From Iphione sp. A-MEVVRFRX5 (taxonomy: Eukaryota): a stretch of DNA of 64,000 bases. The stretch lies in assembly GCA_976226885.1 (NCBI GenBank), contig OZ320316.1, positions 97,092,001 through 97,156,000 of the forward strand, in the 5' to 3' direction. The notes beneath the pieces are model-generated. The model worked only from the letters and a program-made list of their open reading frames with translations. It was not told the origin of the DNA and made no database searches. The position numbers were made by a program, and so were the translations under genes. Positions 11,396 through 25,078 of this stretch are shown piece by piece (positions within the stretch are counted from its first letter, which is position 1; each line of letters opens with the position of its first letter).

Positions 11396-14110
11396 CCTCT
11401 TTCCCTCTTCCATGTCTCTACCTCTTTACTCTTTTTCTCCCTCCCTCCTACGTTCCGGCACACTCCGACATGTAAACATATCTGTCCTCTCTTTCCCATG
11501 ACCCGATCCCCCTCCCACCTGCCTCCTATGCCGCCGGCGGGCTCGCTAGTACCATGGGAGCTCACCAGGGGCGCGGCGAATCGGTGCCGTGCGTAATGGA
11601 AGACAATACGCTGCCAGGGAGGGTGCATGGGTGGGAGAGGGGAGCGGCAGGAGGAGGTGGAAAAACGAGGAGCTATTTATAGCAACACATTATCTCCAAT
11701 CGATGTTGACAATAGTGCGCTGGTCGGTGGTGAGGAGAACGAGGAGAAGCAGGAGGAGGGGGAGGAGGAGGAAGCCCTTGGTGGTGGACAGTCAGGGAAG
11801 ACTGAGCTACTATATCTCTGAGAGGGACACGTGAGGTTAATATCGTGTCGATTGCTATGCCATTATTACGCGCAGTATTAGTAGGTGCTGTTGATGGGGT
11901 TCGTGGTCTTCCAGCCCCGCGCAGACACGGCATGGTGTTTTAGGTGGACGAGAAAGATAGGGCGACACGGATGAAGGGACTCCATGGTTATTTTGCTTGT
12001 GAAGGTTGGGAGTAGAAATGTTGATGGTCATGGTTACCATGAGACGGTTTGCTCCACATCAGGATCATAGACATACGTGTAATATGAAAAAAAGAGGGGT
12101 AGAAAAAAATTACTAAATTGTTATGTTTTGATGGTGATGGTAACAGAGCTCATGGTCAGAGGGAGATGAAAGGCCTGGCATAGCATTCATTACTGAGTAT
12201 GTTCCTGATAAGAGGAGGTAGTCATGGTGTGTTGTCATGGTAGTCGTGGCCTTGGTGGAATTGTGCACTAGGTGTTACTAGGAGGAAGTGTAGACTCAGT
12301 GGGGTGGTAAGGACAACTGTGCGAGGCGTGATAGGCAAAAAAACCTGTGTACTTGATGTGATGGTGAGGAACTGTGGACTAAGTGTGACTTAGTGTGATC
12401 TACTAGGTGTGATGGGAAGGAAATGTGTATGTGTACTTACTGTGTTGGTGAGGACCTGTGGACTTGTTGTAGTGTGGAGGATTGAGGAACATTAATTCTC
12501 TGTCTCTATCGGTCGGTCTGTCTGTCTGTCTGTCTGTCTGCCCATCCCTTTCTCTGTCTTGCCACCTCTCTCTCTTTCTGCCTGCCAATCACTCTGTGTA
12601 TGTACATGATCGGTTGTCTATTCTTTGTCTTTTCTTTTTGTTCCTTCACATTTACACCTATTTGCTTTTAGTTTCCCTGTGTGTCCATTGTTCCCCGGTT
12701 CCCCGCTGCCCTCCTTTGTATTTGTAAATTGGACCTGTCGTATTCTTGCTGTCTTTCTGTCTCTGCCTCTCTATGTGTCTGTGTCTTTGTGTATGTCCTT
12801 CTGTCGCTCTCACGCCATGTTATAGTAGAGTCACACGTACGTCTAATTTCCTTGTTGTGAACCAGGGCTCCTCAGCACGGGCTCGTGTACTATACCTAAG
12901 GTGGTCATTATGGTTGTGCATGAGATGGAGCAATATTTTGCCGATGACTCAATTTCCTCGGTTCTTGATGTTCACGGATGACCACAGATCTCGTTATTCT
13001 TTAAGTCGGCATGACGTCACAGTAGCTGATAAGGCTTGTGGCTTTAGTCATATATAGGTCAAGTTACCTGGGGTGGAGGTGAAAGGAACTGTGTTTCTCT
13101 CTTTGAACTATTATAATGTTTATACCTACAATAATCAGTTGGCAATGATTTCAGAGGTAACAATGATATCATGATGAAGATACATGTAGACCTACCTCTA
13201 GATTAAGTGCATATGTCAAAATTTTCATTAGTTTGTTTTCACCAGGCCTAAGAGTGTATATTAGAATATGTAGGAACTCCCTGATCATCACCCACTCTTC
13301 ACCTCTGCAGTATTTTTGCTAAATTAAACCTTTTAGAAGAGTGTTTTAATCTATACACTAATGTGATCAGTTATATTAAGGGTTAACTAATATACTGTTC
13401 ACAATGAAAACATATGATGCTTTTTAAATTTGTAAGAAATTAGCTCTGACAGGTGTTTGTTTACATGTTACTAGCTGTAAGTGCCCGGATTGCCGACTCC
13501 AAGAATCGTCTCCTTTGCGTCGCTGGAGCCGTGCCAGGACTCGTGCGCATGCGCCTTTCAGGCGCGCGCCGGATCTGGGTGCAGGCATACCTGTGTGGAG
13601 GGGTCGATTGGCTTCATCAGGGCTTCGGTTACAGTACATGTCAAGCATTTACACAGGCCGCCATCACACTCGCCTGCACACCATTGTGTGCTGCCTCAAC
13701 ACGCAGCATACCTCTGTTTACTCGCCCGCTTGCTGGTACACGGAGGCCCTACACCTGATCCCATTATGCTCTCTAATGATGATTTGGATGAAACCAGGCT
13801 GCCGCGCCGTGCTCATAAACTGGCCTTCTTTAATTACTGTTGGTCTTTCCATTAAGCTCTCTGATCACTATGCTCTTACTTTGTTTTTGTCCGGCCTGTC
13901 CTCATAATGTTGTCTTATCAGTTTACAAAGCCTTCTTCATTCTTTCGCTCCTTTTTTTCTCTTTACTTCTCTTTATTCTGTTTTTCGTTACTCCGGGTAG
14001 AATGAACATGCCCAGAGGCGTGGTGTCAACTTCGCCATTCTCTGGATGATTCATTTGCTCGTTCATTCTACCTTCCTTGAAAGGAGGGGGAATGTAGTTA
14101 GGCACGCAGA

Positions 14111-14141
<31 letters not shown>

Positions 14142-14497
14142 TTGTATGTTTGTGTTCGAGTGTGTATAATTTAGTCTGTGCATGTGTTTATGTTGTGTAA
14201 CTATGTTGGTGTGTAAGTTGGTACGTATGTGGGCATTATTCTATATGCTTTCATTAAGTGTGCTCCGATGTGTTTCTCCCTGTGTGTACATCTTAACGTG
14301 TCTATTTGTTTGAGTATGTCGGCCTGTTCCCCATGATGTCTGCAGTTTGAATTCAGTGCATTTTGTTTGAAGTGCTGTTCCTGGCTATGGCGTTTGGCAC
14401 ATCTGGCTGTGGTCGTATCATCATTTCCCATGAAGTGGACATTTACGCAGCGTTTGACAGAGTTAGAGCATGGTGAAAAGCCTGTACGTGTCAGTAC

Positions 14498-14667
14498 NNN
14501 NNNNNNNNNNNNNNNNNNNNNNNNNNNNNNNNNNNNNNNNNNNNNNNNNNNNNNNNNNNNNNNNNNNNNNNNNNNNNNNNNNNNNNNNNNNNNNNNNNNN
14601 NNNNNNNNNNNNNNNNNNNNNNNNNNNNNNNNNNNNNNNNNNNNNNNNNNNNNNNNNNNNNNNNNNN
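14498..14667. other. Assembly gap (N run)
   Basis: Run of N. Confidence 1.
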
Positions 14668-15927
14668 AGCCAAGTGGTAATTTGGGGTCAGTCTTTTTCC
14701 CTTCTTACTCTGATCTAATTTGTTTTAATTTCTGTCGTATCTCTCATTGCTTCCGTGTTTCGCGATCGGCTTTTTCGGGAGGATGCGGTGAGATGGTAAC
14801 TTGATGTAAAAATTCCCACTCAGTTTAACAGCGTTTATATACACATCGCTCGCGTTGTAAGGATAGTTTCACATAGTACATACTATAGTTATAGTACATA
14901 TTACATGAAAACTTATTTATATTTAGACTGCCTGTTTTGTTTTCATGTGATTCCAGGGCACAGAGCCTCCCAGTTAACTCATCTCCATTGGAATCTCCTT
15001 CCTTGTGTTAGTCACACTTTGTTTTCACTGTAGGTTTGTCTGAATGTCCTTCAAGTAATTCTCAATACACATGAGTTTGTTAGTCATATGGCCTCACAGC
15101 TCGAAGACCTTGCCAAACACACAACTTTAGCAAATTGATTCTGCACAGAACGACCTCCTTAGTGGCGTCTTTTTCTGGATATAGACAGCTTCCAGCTCCC
15201 GGTTTGGAAGAAGTGCATTTCTACATGCCTGCATGCCCGTGCAGCGGATGGTTTGAAACTTTGATTCATTGCCTTGGCAAAGCTTTTTCTCCCGGTACGA
15301 AAAAAAAAAGTTTCTCTAGTTACGAGACAATACACGTTGTTTCCAAGATCAACACCCACGGATTGAGTGATGGACTCTGGGAGCGAATGGTCGTGAACAA
15401 GTGTACACACTCCCACGAACGTTAGTAAAATCACAAAAACACATGAAGGGTGGGACGTAGCAATTTCCCATTTCTCTTTGCGAGATCCAGCAATGCACAG
15501 TTCTATCTAGAGATTGGCTTGCTTCGTGATTTTCATCTCGGTAAGTGCTTCTGTCATCATAATATCCTATTGGCATTTACTTAATGCGATTGTCCGCCAT
15601 AGCTTTAATGGATCCCATAGATATAGTACAATAACCATATCAGAAATCATGTGAAAAAGAAGAGTTTTGCGGTTTGATTTGTGGAAAGAAAATGCTACAG
15701 CCCATTACAGGCCTCAATGGTGGCTCTAATGGACCAACAACGATGGAGTGGAGAAACATTCCCTTTGTCCAGATGCAGTCAGGTTTTATCATTTGATGGA
15801 GAGAAATCAAGGTCCTAGTTGTTCCCCAGACCATTGTTACACAGGCATTCATCGACAGCTTTAAATCAACTTTAATACTAATGGAAAATGCCTTCCTCTG
15901 GACGCAGTACGGGAAAAGATGAACATT

Positions 15928-16078
15928 NNNNNNNNNNNNNNNNNNNNNNNNNNNNNNNNNNNNNNNNNNNNNNNNNNNNNNNNNNNNNNNNNNNNNNNNN
16001 NNNNNNNNNNNNNNNNNNNNNNNNNNNNNNNNNNNNNNNNNNNNNNNNNNNNNNNNNNNNNNNNNNNNNNNNNNNNNN
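15928..16078. other. Assembly gap (N run)
   Basis: Run of N. Confidence 1.
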
Positions 16079-17219
16079 TAAACAGAGACAGAGAGAGGGA
16101 GCGGAAAAGAGAGGGATAGTGCCAGAGAAAATTCAAGATGTTGTCCAAGTCATTGTCCTGCAAGCGTTCATTGACAAGGCTAAATCTTGTTGAGAGAAAC
16201 AGTGCCCTCATCATGCTGTGCGTGGTTTTGTTATTTATAGGGAGAACACGAGCTTGTAGCTCAGCTGCCATCCACATTGTTGGTTTTCCCTCGCAAGCAT
16301 TCATCAACGGCTATGTCTCTAATGGATTAACTTCAATCAGGTTTTGTCGTTTATCGAAGGAAGTCGCGACTTTAGCTACTGTCCACGGTATTGTCACCGC
16401 CTACATCCATTATCGAGAGAACCAGTAGTAATTGTATCTAAACGAAGTCCCTTAGCCTCCCCTCTTCTCCCATGAAACAAAGTATACGTTTGGTATGTCC
16501 AAGGTAACCGGAAGTGAAGGCCATTAGAGGAACAGAAAACACCTTCTCTTGGTAGAGGTGGCTGCCTGCAGAATTGTTTCCGTTGTAAGTGTGTGCTCGT
16601 TCTTTCCATACGCACGCCAGTCTTCGGATTGCTTCAGGAACACCGGAGCCCACTGCTCGCATTCTACAGTGTTGTCAAGTGTGAAGAGATACTGGTGTAG
16701 TTATAAATATATGAATGTGAAACGTTTATTGTTAAACCAAGTGAAAACCATTTATAAATGGCTGTGTATGAGGGAACAGTGTAGAGTAGAAGTAGGGGGA
16801 CTCTGCTTGGAATGACTATATATTTTAACAACGGTGAGGCGAACTTGTTCACTCACCTTAAAACCATTAGTAACTGTATATTTATTGTCAGGTAAGCCAC
16901 GTGTAGTTAAGGGAGAACACATTTATGTATAGTAAAACGTCACAACTCGGTACATCCTTGGTTCCCCGTGAATGTCTCCCGATTAAAATGCATTACCAAA
17001 ATAGGATGCTTTTCCACCAGTGTCCCCACTGTAAGCGTGTCCTCTGTCTTGGGTGTTTCCAGTGGTGTTATCCTACTGTAGATGGCATTCTGAATGTATG
17101 TGTAACTTCAGAGAATGTGATGACACTGTTGCTGTTAGTGTATATAACCTGCTGGTACAGGGTTGGTTTCATATCTGTTCAATTCGGCTGCCAACGCTAA
17201 TGACAGGTCCTGTGCTGTA

Positions 17220-17396
17220 CAGTAGCAACTTGCCTTGAGGGCAACTCAACTAAGAGGGCAATTCAGGAATAAGAGCAAATTTTTTGGTCCCATGGATACA
17301 TTTCCTACAATATAACAACTCAGGTAGGAGGGCAACCCGCAGTTAAGGGCAGTTTTGTCTGATCCCATTGGTGGTCTTAATTCTGAGTTGCTACTG
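17220..17396. mobile_element. 177-bp MITE, Tc1/mariner-pogo type
   Basis: 11-bp perfect TIR CAGTAGCAACT...AGTTGCTACTG flanked by TA on both sides; internal gagggcaa repeats. A related fragment lies at ~63118-63162. Confidence 0.75.
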
Positions 17397-17500
17397 TACT
17401 CTGTTATGATATGCGAACATGTACCTTATGTGTGTTCAAATTAGCGCTGGTAGCCCTATTCTCCCTCTTTCTCCTTGCTTCCTCCCTCTACTCACCTCTC

Positions 17501-17673
17501 NNNNNNNNNNNNNNNNNNNNNNNNNNNNNNNNNNNNNNNNNNNNNNNNNNNNNNNNNNNNNNNNNNNNNNNNNNNNNNNNNNNNNNNNNNNNNNNNNNNN
17601 NNNNNNNNNNNNNNNNNNNNNNNNNNNNNNNNNNNNNNNNNNNNNNNNNNNNNNNNNNNNNNNNNNNNNNNNN
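17501..17673. other. Assembly gap (N run)
   Basis: Run of N. Confidence 1.
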
Positions 17674-17745
17674 ACTGATAGTAATTGTATTAATTTAGAT
17701 TCCATTACTTAAAAAACTCCGTTTTTTTTTTTTTTTTTTTTACAG

Positions 17746-17856
17746 GGTCGCCTGAATGAGATGATGTCACAGTTGCGGATGCAATGCCAGCTCGGTATTA
17801 TCCGTCCAGAAGCCACGTACCAGATGGATGCCATGGTCCAAACCGAAGTCAGACAG
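17746..17856 (+). CDS. NUP54: Nucleoporin Nup54, penultimate coding exon (37 codons, phase 0/0)
   Basis: Poly-T tract + tacag acceptor and gtaaag donor. Translates GRLNEMMSQLRMQCQLGIIRPEATYQMDAMVQTEVRQ, matching the recalled human Nup54 segment GRLNELMSQIRMQNHFGAVRSEERYYIDADLLREIKQ. Joins in frame to the exon at 28218. Confidence 0.9.
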
Positions 17857-19475
17857 GTAAAGTAGAGCCGGTTCATCTATAAAGGTGTAGATAAGTTTGA
17901 CTAGGCTGTTTATAAATATTCCGACATCACCAAACCAAAGCCTCAACAAGGGACTTATCATGCGCATTCAGAAGTCGGACAGGTTAAGTAAGGAAGCTTC
18001 ATTTCTCAAGATATGGATAGGTTAGAGTATTCATGTACAGTTGAATCTTACTAAACCAAGGTTAAACAGGCAAAGAAGACAGCGGTCTATTATTAGTCTT
18101 GCTAAATATTCTGCCCTATTCATACCTTCACAAGCGCTGAGAAACCATGACCATCTCAAACCCCAGAATGAGACCCAGTACCACTTTAATGCCTGCTCCT
18201 ACTGTGAAAGTGTTCATTTGTCCTGTCTCAGATATGTGCATGTGCATTGCAGAAGCTTCCCCCACGTCAGTATCTGTCCCCTAACAGAAAAATTCTTTAC
18301 GTTTTTGTTTTTAATCTCAGAATATACACAATATCTACCACCGGGGAATATGTCTCGGTACTCCCAGACACACTGTCCCTGCTTTAGGCTTTCCGCATGC
18401 CCCCCTACCCCATCTCAGGAACAATCATCGCGTAAACTGCCCTTGAGGCCGTCCGTAGTTCAGTCACTGTTACCCACCTCAGAGATCACGTACATTGTTG
18501 ATGGATTCCCTCCACCTCGTAATCTCTTTACCTTCATAATACTATGTCTACTACGTTTTCAATTCAGGAATTGTTACATTGTATAAACATACCCAGCCTC
18601 GGAAGACGTATCTTCACTAGCTTAAAAACTGACCTACTTGAGACCCTTTCCATTTTCGCTTTCTCCGAAATCATCGCAGAAACATCCCCTTACCTCAGAA
18701 GCCATTCTTTCTACTCTGTGAAAGGCTGCTCCTACATTAAAGTGATGTTCCCCATCTCATACAACATGTAGTCTGTAGATGGTAGAAAGTTCCATAAGCT
18801 CGGAATCTCTCTCTGCTGCTGTCACGAACACTGTCCTCTTACCATTCTCTTGCCATCTTTGGACTGATCATTGCACAAGGACCCCCCCCCCCCCAACCAA
18901 CCAGCTTATAATCTCCATACAGTGGAGCATGGCTAGCCTTACAACTGTACACTCCGTCTTCTACTTACAGGCGAACAAAGCGTTGAGAATATATCAATTG
19001 TTGGCACCTGCTAGATATATTTACTATGTCTTAGTGTTTCCTTCTGCAGAGAAAAAACAGCATTCATCATGCTAGTGTACTGCCGCTTCCTCTTTCCAAA
19101 AGGCAGAGGCAATCAAAGTTCTTTCACCAGGTCCATATAGTAAGAACAATGAATGCTTTTCCATCTTCCTTTGCGCCTTCCGCTTCTGAGGGACGACTTG
19201 GTCGAATACCATTGCGCTGGTCCTCCTGTGTCTGTGTCTGCGCGTGCGTGCTTGTGTACGTGTGTAATTGTACACGCAGGTTTTTGTAAAGATCATCCCT
19301 AGATGCATTGCGTTCTTAAAAGCCCATGTATTACAACTGTATTCTACCTGTAAGTCGGCAGTACGAACTACCCCGCAACACACAAACTCACACGTACACA
19401 CCCATAGATACACACACAGACACACACAGAGGCAGGATGAAACCCCCCCCCTCCGTTAAAAACCCCAAACCCACA

Positions 19476-19482
19476 AACAACG

Positions 19483-19533
<51 letters not shown>
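19476..19533. repeat. (AAC)n microsatellite
   Basis: Direct reading of the sequence. Confidence 0.95.
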
Positions 19534-19535
<2 letters not shown>

Positions 19536-19919
19536 AAAAACCGACAAACAGCGGTGAAAACGGATCTCCGTCGCTCTGGCAACCATTACATTCAACCGGA
19601 GCACAATCTGAACAACTCGATACGATGTTTCTTGTGTCCCCCAAGGAGGGACGAATCGAATAATTGAGATTGAAATACAAATAGTAATCTCCCACCAAGG
19701 CCACTGCCGGTCGAGATGTGGGTTGATATGGGAATTTTGAGCGTATTATTATTTTTATTAATACTGTGCAGAGACCTCTACGACGCGGCCCGGTACGATG
19801 GCTCCTGTGTGTGTATATGCGCGCGTGTATATGTTTGAGTATGTATGTATGTCTGTGTCCCTGTCTTGAGTGTGTCTCTGTCTTTTTTTCCTTTTTTTTT
19901 AACAGACATGCAGTAGTGT

Positions 19920-20240
19920 TTGTGTGTGTGTCTGTGTGTGTCTGTGTTTTTATAAATATACAGCAGGCAGGTGTGTGTCTGTATGTGTGTTTATAAATAT
20001 ACAGCTAGCAGCCAGTGGTGTGTCTTCATGTGTGTTCATACATATACAGCAGGCATGCAGTGGTTTGTCTTCATGTGTATTCATACATATTGTACAGTAG
20101 GCATGTGACAGTCTGTCGGTATGTGTGTGCATACATATACAGCTGGCAGCCGGGGGTGTGTGTATATGTGTGTTAATACATATACGGCAGGCAAGGAACA
20201 GTGCGTATGTATGTGTGTTAATACATATACGGCAGGCAGG
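19920..20240. repeat. Degenerate minisatellite (~40-60-bp unit, gtgtgt..ata.atatacagc.ggcag)
   Basis: Motif recurs about 6-7 times. Confidence 0.65.
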
Positions 20241-21897
20241 TGATGGTGGCTCCTGATATGTCATGTCTGTGTCTCGTTCGTCGTCCCGGCGCGGGGGCTC
20301 CAGTGATTCCCCGCTTCCCGATAAACACGTAGAGACAAACGCAGGCAGCACGATTGAAACGGTGGAACTGTGGCGGGAAAAAAAACGGTGATGAATGTTG
20401 CATGTATCATCAAGTTGAAATTGACTTTTGTTACAAACACACGCCACCGGTCGAGGCTCGTACTGGAGGAGAGAGAAATATAGTGGGGAATGGTGGGCCG
20501 GCGGTGAGTGAGGCAAACAGGATGAGAAACCGACGAAGACAAACAGGCACAGTAGAGACCGACAGACACATGACGAGACGGACAGATGCAGACAGATAAA
20601 GACAGAAACCGTATGCTTTCCCACATGTGGGGAATAAAGGGTATTTCATGTAATATGGACATATGCAGACAGACACACAAAATACATAACATATTTCTCT
20701 TGATGTTGGTCAGAGAGGTGTAAGAGATGTGAGATGAGGCAGACCTATTGGTGTGATATGCACAAGGAGACCAAAAAAAAAAAAACAGATGCAGAGAGAC
20801 ACGCAGACAGGAGGACAAACAGAGAGAGGCAGACAGGGAGGAGGCCAGACAGAGAGAGGAAGACAGGGAGGAGGCCAGACAGAGAGAGGAAGACAGGCAG
20901 ATGTATGCAAATAGAGACACTGTACTTCTTTGTGTAAGGAAAAAGAGATGCGACAAGTGAAGTAAACATAATAGGCTGGAAGTTGCTCGACTGTAAAAAT
21001 AAACAAACGAACGGGAAAAGAAGGAAGAGCTGCACGGAGCGGATCCATCTGCGGATCCATTGTGCAAGAAGCCTCAATCATGCTACATTCAAATTTACAG
21101 ACTGCGGTTTTTAGCGCTCAGTAACTGACCGTCGCACGTGAACACGCCACTGCTGTTAATAATCCATTGATATTAATGCAGCAGATGCGGAGCTTCTAAT
21201 ATGTTATTTTAGCGGAGGAGAGTGCAACAAGGCTCATGTAGGTAGACAGACAGACAGACTGACTGACATGAATATTATAAGACAGCCGATTGGCTGGCAG
21301 ATAGGTGAATAGAAACATTTACCCAGTAAATATTAAGACGTGCAAGAATAGTACAGGGAAGCTAACAAAGCAGCAAGGGACAGACAGACTGACAGGCAGG
21401 CCTACGAGAACACTTTAAAAAGCAGATTTAGACACAAACAAGAACGACTGAAGGATGGAAATGAAATGACTAGATACTTAGGTCATCAGTTAAAGGACTT
21501 ATCCCCGCCTCGGGGTACAGAAATATTGTCTACAATCAAAGTATATACAGTCAGAATTCCTGTGATAAGAAAGAAGCCTAAAGAGGGGAAGGAAGTTTTC
21601 TTTTTCTTCATGTGACGGAAAGGTCACCACACCCATCTGAGACCCCCACCCGCACGTACCAGTAAATCTCAGCCTTACCCTTCAATCATAACACCCCCCC
21701 TGGCCCCCCAAACCCATCCTTGGTGCCACCCGCCCATCTCAGCCCCCCCCCCCCCACTTGCCCAACGCTCGCCCCCAAACCCCGCCCATTCACTTATATC
21801 AGCTTCCGCCCAATCTTTTAAAACACCCCGCCTGTTTGTCTGAGACCGGTCCCTTCACACTATACATGTTGTACTCAACCTTTGCCCTACTACACAA

Positions 21898-22037
21898 NNN
21901 NNNNNNNNNNNNNNNNNNNNNNNNNNNNNNNNNNNNNNNNNNNNNNNNNNNNNNNNNNNNNNNNNNNNNNNNNNNNNNNNNNNNNNNNNNNNNNNNNNNN
22001 NNNNNNNNNNNNNNNNNNNNNNNNNNNNNNNNNNNNN
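21898..22037. other. Assembly gap (N run)
   Basis: Run of N. Confidence 1.
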
Positions 22038-22039
22038 CT

Positions 22040-22850
22040 GACAACCTACCGTTATCTGTCCCCACACAGTCCTACCACATCTATCATCCCCCGCCCACCC
22101 TCAATCTCAGCCACTCATATCTGCTCTCAGTCTGTGCTCACATCTTCACCCGTTCATTAGCCATTAGCACCCGCCCCCCCCCCTCGGGCTCAGCCCACCT
22201 CTCATAGCCACACCAGCCCTCTCAGCCCTCACTGCTCCTTTATTCCAGCCAGCCACCACTGTCTCAGTCTTCAGTCCACAACTCCTCTCAGCCCCCTGCT
22301 AATGCAGGCAGCCCAATAAGTTCACTGCTCATCCCTTGCAGTTCTCAACCTCTACCTGTGCCCCTCCCACTCCTCACAGCCACACTAAACCGTCTCAGCT
22401 CCCGCCCACCACTCCATCTCAGCTGCCTGTTTCTGTCTTTATTCTACAGCCCCTAAAACCCTCTGAGCCTCCCTTCCCGTTGTAGCCTCCTGAGCTGCTG
22501 CCCATCTCATAAATCTCCCAGCTCCTGCCCACCCCTTTCAGGGACACTAGTCCATTTCACCAACCCCCAAACCCCTCTCAGCCCCAACCCACCCCACCAT
22601 CTCATCCACCTTTTTCTCCCACAGTCAGCAGCCCTCCAACCTTTTACCCACTCCTCGACCTAAACCACCTATTCCTCTCACACTTTGCAGTCGCCAGCCC
22701 CTTTCGGTCCCCATCCATCCTCCATCTCAACCCCTCTATTCCTCTCTTAGTCTTACAGCCCACACCAACCTCTCTCAGTCTCTTGCCTACTCCCCGCACC
22801 CTTCCAGCACCAATCTCCCACCCGCTCCGCGGAAACTCCACTCTCCAGGG
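22040..22850. repeat. Pyrimidine-rich cryptic repeat (ctctcagccc-type motif)
   Basis: ctctcagc/ctcagcc motif recurs more than 10 times. Confidence 0.55.
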
Positions 22851-24987
22851 ACAAATGCTGTGGGAGATGTGATTAAAGCCTTGGAGGAAATCGCCTTAAA
22901 AGGCGCCGGACCTGTCACCTATGGTGAAAATAGCCGCCCAGCATGCCTGCAGCCGCAGCAGTAATAGCTGGGGTGGATTTATCACAACAGCAGCAGTAGT
23001 TGCTCTGGCCATGGCATTAGTAGTAGTAGCAGCAGCAGCAGTAGCAGCAGCAGGGAGTGTTTTGTAAGCACCTCAGCCTGGGCCTGGACAGGCCAGACCA
23101 CTCTGTACGTACTTCAGGAGGTGCACTCCTTGTAAGAATATAGGTATTGTGGTGTGTGTACCCATGAGCGGGGAATGCATATTTGTTTACAGGCTTGAGT
23201 TGGGAACATGTAATGGGAAAGCAATGGTAAGAAGAAGGAACTAATTGGAGAACTGTTAAATATGTGCATAAAGAGGCATTTGGCGGGAGGGAAAATGGAC
23301 TAAGGTGAGAAAGGGAGAGGGAGGGAGGGACAGAGAAGAGGGAGGCAGTGAGATAAGAGCGTGACTGAGAAAGGGGAAGCGGAGAGTAAGAAATGAAGAG
23401 AATGAAGAGAGGTATTTGATAAAACGGACAGAAGAAAGGAAGGAGACACATTAGGTTGGAGACCAAGACAGAGGGAATAGCTTTGGAAGATAGAAGTAGA
23501 GCGTAAGAGAGGGGAGATGGGATAAAGGAGTGTGGATAAAGGCAGAAGAGGGAAAGAAAGTGTCTTTGGATTGGAAAAGGCAAACGGTGAAAGAAGAGAG
23601 ATGAACAGTAGGAGAGTAACGGGGGCGAGTGACGAGAGGAGGCAGGTTGTAAAAGCAGGACGGTAAAATAGAAAGAGAGTAAGAGATGTCACACTATAGT
23701 GTGGGAAGGGGACAGAAATAAATAGGTATAGATTATAAAATGGTAAGGAGAAAGTCTTGGTAAGGAGAAAAAGGACAGACATACACATGTTTTATAGAGA
23801 TCAACAGGCACATATGGATGCATAATACGACCAAATAAGGTACTAAAAAGCATGCACCACTGATTAGCACTCCTGTATAGAGAACCATCCTGGTCCCAGT
23901 ACGTACCGATATTGGGCCTGTTAGTAAGCCCACGGTAGAACGGTAGTACTCAAACAGAGATCCCTTACACAAGGCAAATCATGGGAGAAATGGGCAGGGT
24001 AAGCGAGCGGGTGAGTGGAAGCCGCACAGAAACAGGTGGGCCCACTCCATACATTTTGGATGTAGGCGCCGACTTCCCTGTTGTTATTGCTCCTCTTGCT
24101 GCTCGGGAGCCTGCACGGCCAGAGGCCCGCAGGCGTCTTTTCGCTTGGCAGCCACTTCTCCATTTATAATTACCCTGGGTTAGGCCGGCTGGAGAGATCA
24201 GTCGCTCGTGGAGAGAGAGAGAGAGCAACCCCCTCAGAGTACTGTGAGGGCCACACACGACTACCGGGCCAGCAGCATCCGGAGCTGCTCTTTCCATCGA
24301 CACAGCGGTTTTCTGCTCCGATGAGTCTTTCTCGTGGCCGGCGATTCAGTAGAATTACCTAAAGAGGAGAAGGAGAAAGGAGGAGGATGCGAGGGAGGAG
24401 GAGGCTTAGGCCGTACAATTATCCATGCAGGAAGGCGAACGAAAATCGTCCGTCGCTTTCGCCGGCGGTGGCTTTCAATGGCTTTCCGCCATGGGGCGGG
24501 CGGATGTGGGGAGGTAGCCAGGTTGGGGGGGGGCGCAGGGAAAGGACTCGACTCGCAAAATCCGAACCTAGCAAAGAAAAGCACGGCCAAAGGACATCGC
24601 CGGCATTTGATTGGTCATTGGTGTCTACAGGCGGGCATGGCATCTGGCTGCATGACTAATGGTGGCCAGTCCGATTAGCCTTACACTGTGGCCAGGTATG
24701 GCTCAGGGATATGGATATAAATCCCGATTTCTATATATGACTATTATCTACGTCCCCCCCCCAGGGGTATGTCTGCAGACAGTCCAGATATCTGATCCTC
24801 ATCCTCTTTTCATTTCATGACCTCATGAGGTTGTTTACCAAGGATGTGCCCCTCATGAATATTGATGAGGTGTATACTGTCTACTTTGTAGTGTGGTTCC
24901 CAAGGCTCAAAGAGAGCTTAGTTAAAGGATATATATATGAAAGAGAAGAGAGAAGAAAACAGAAATAGTTAAGAAGACATGGACAGG

Positions 24988-25076
<89 letters not shown>

Positions 25077-25078
25077 GA
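24988..25078. repeat. Compound (TA)n-(GA)n-(GACA)n microsatellite
   Basis: Direct reading of the sequence. Confidence 0.95.
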
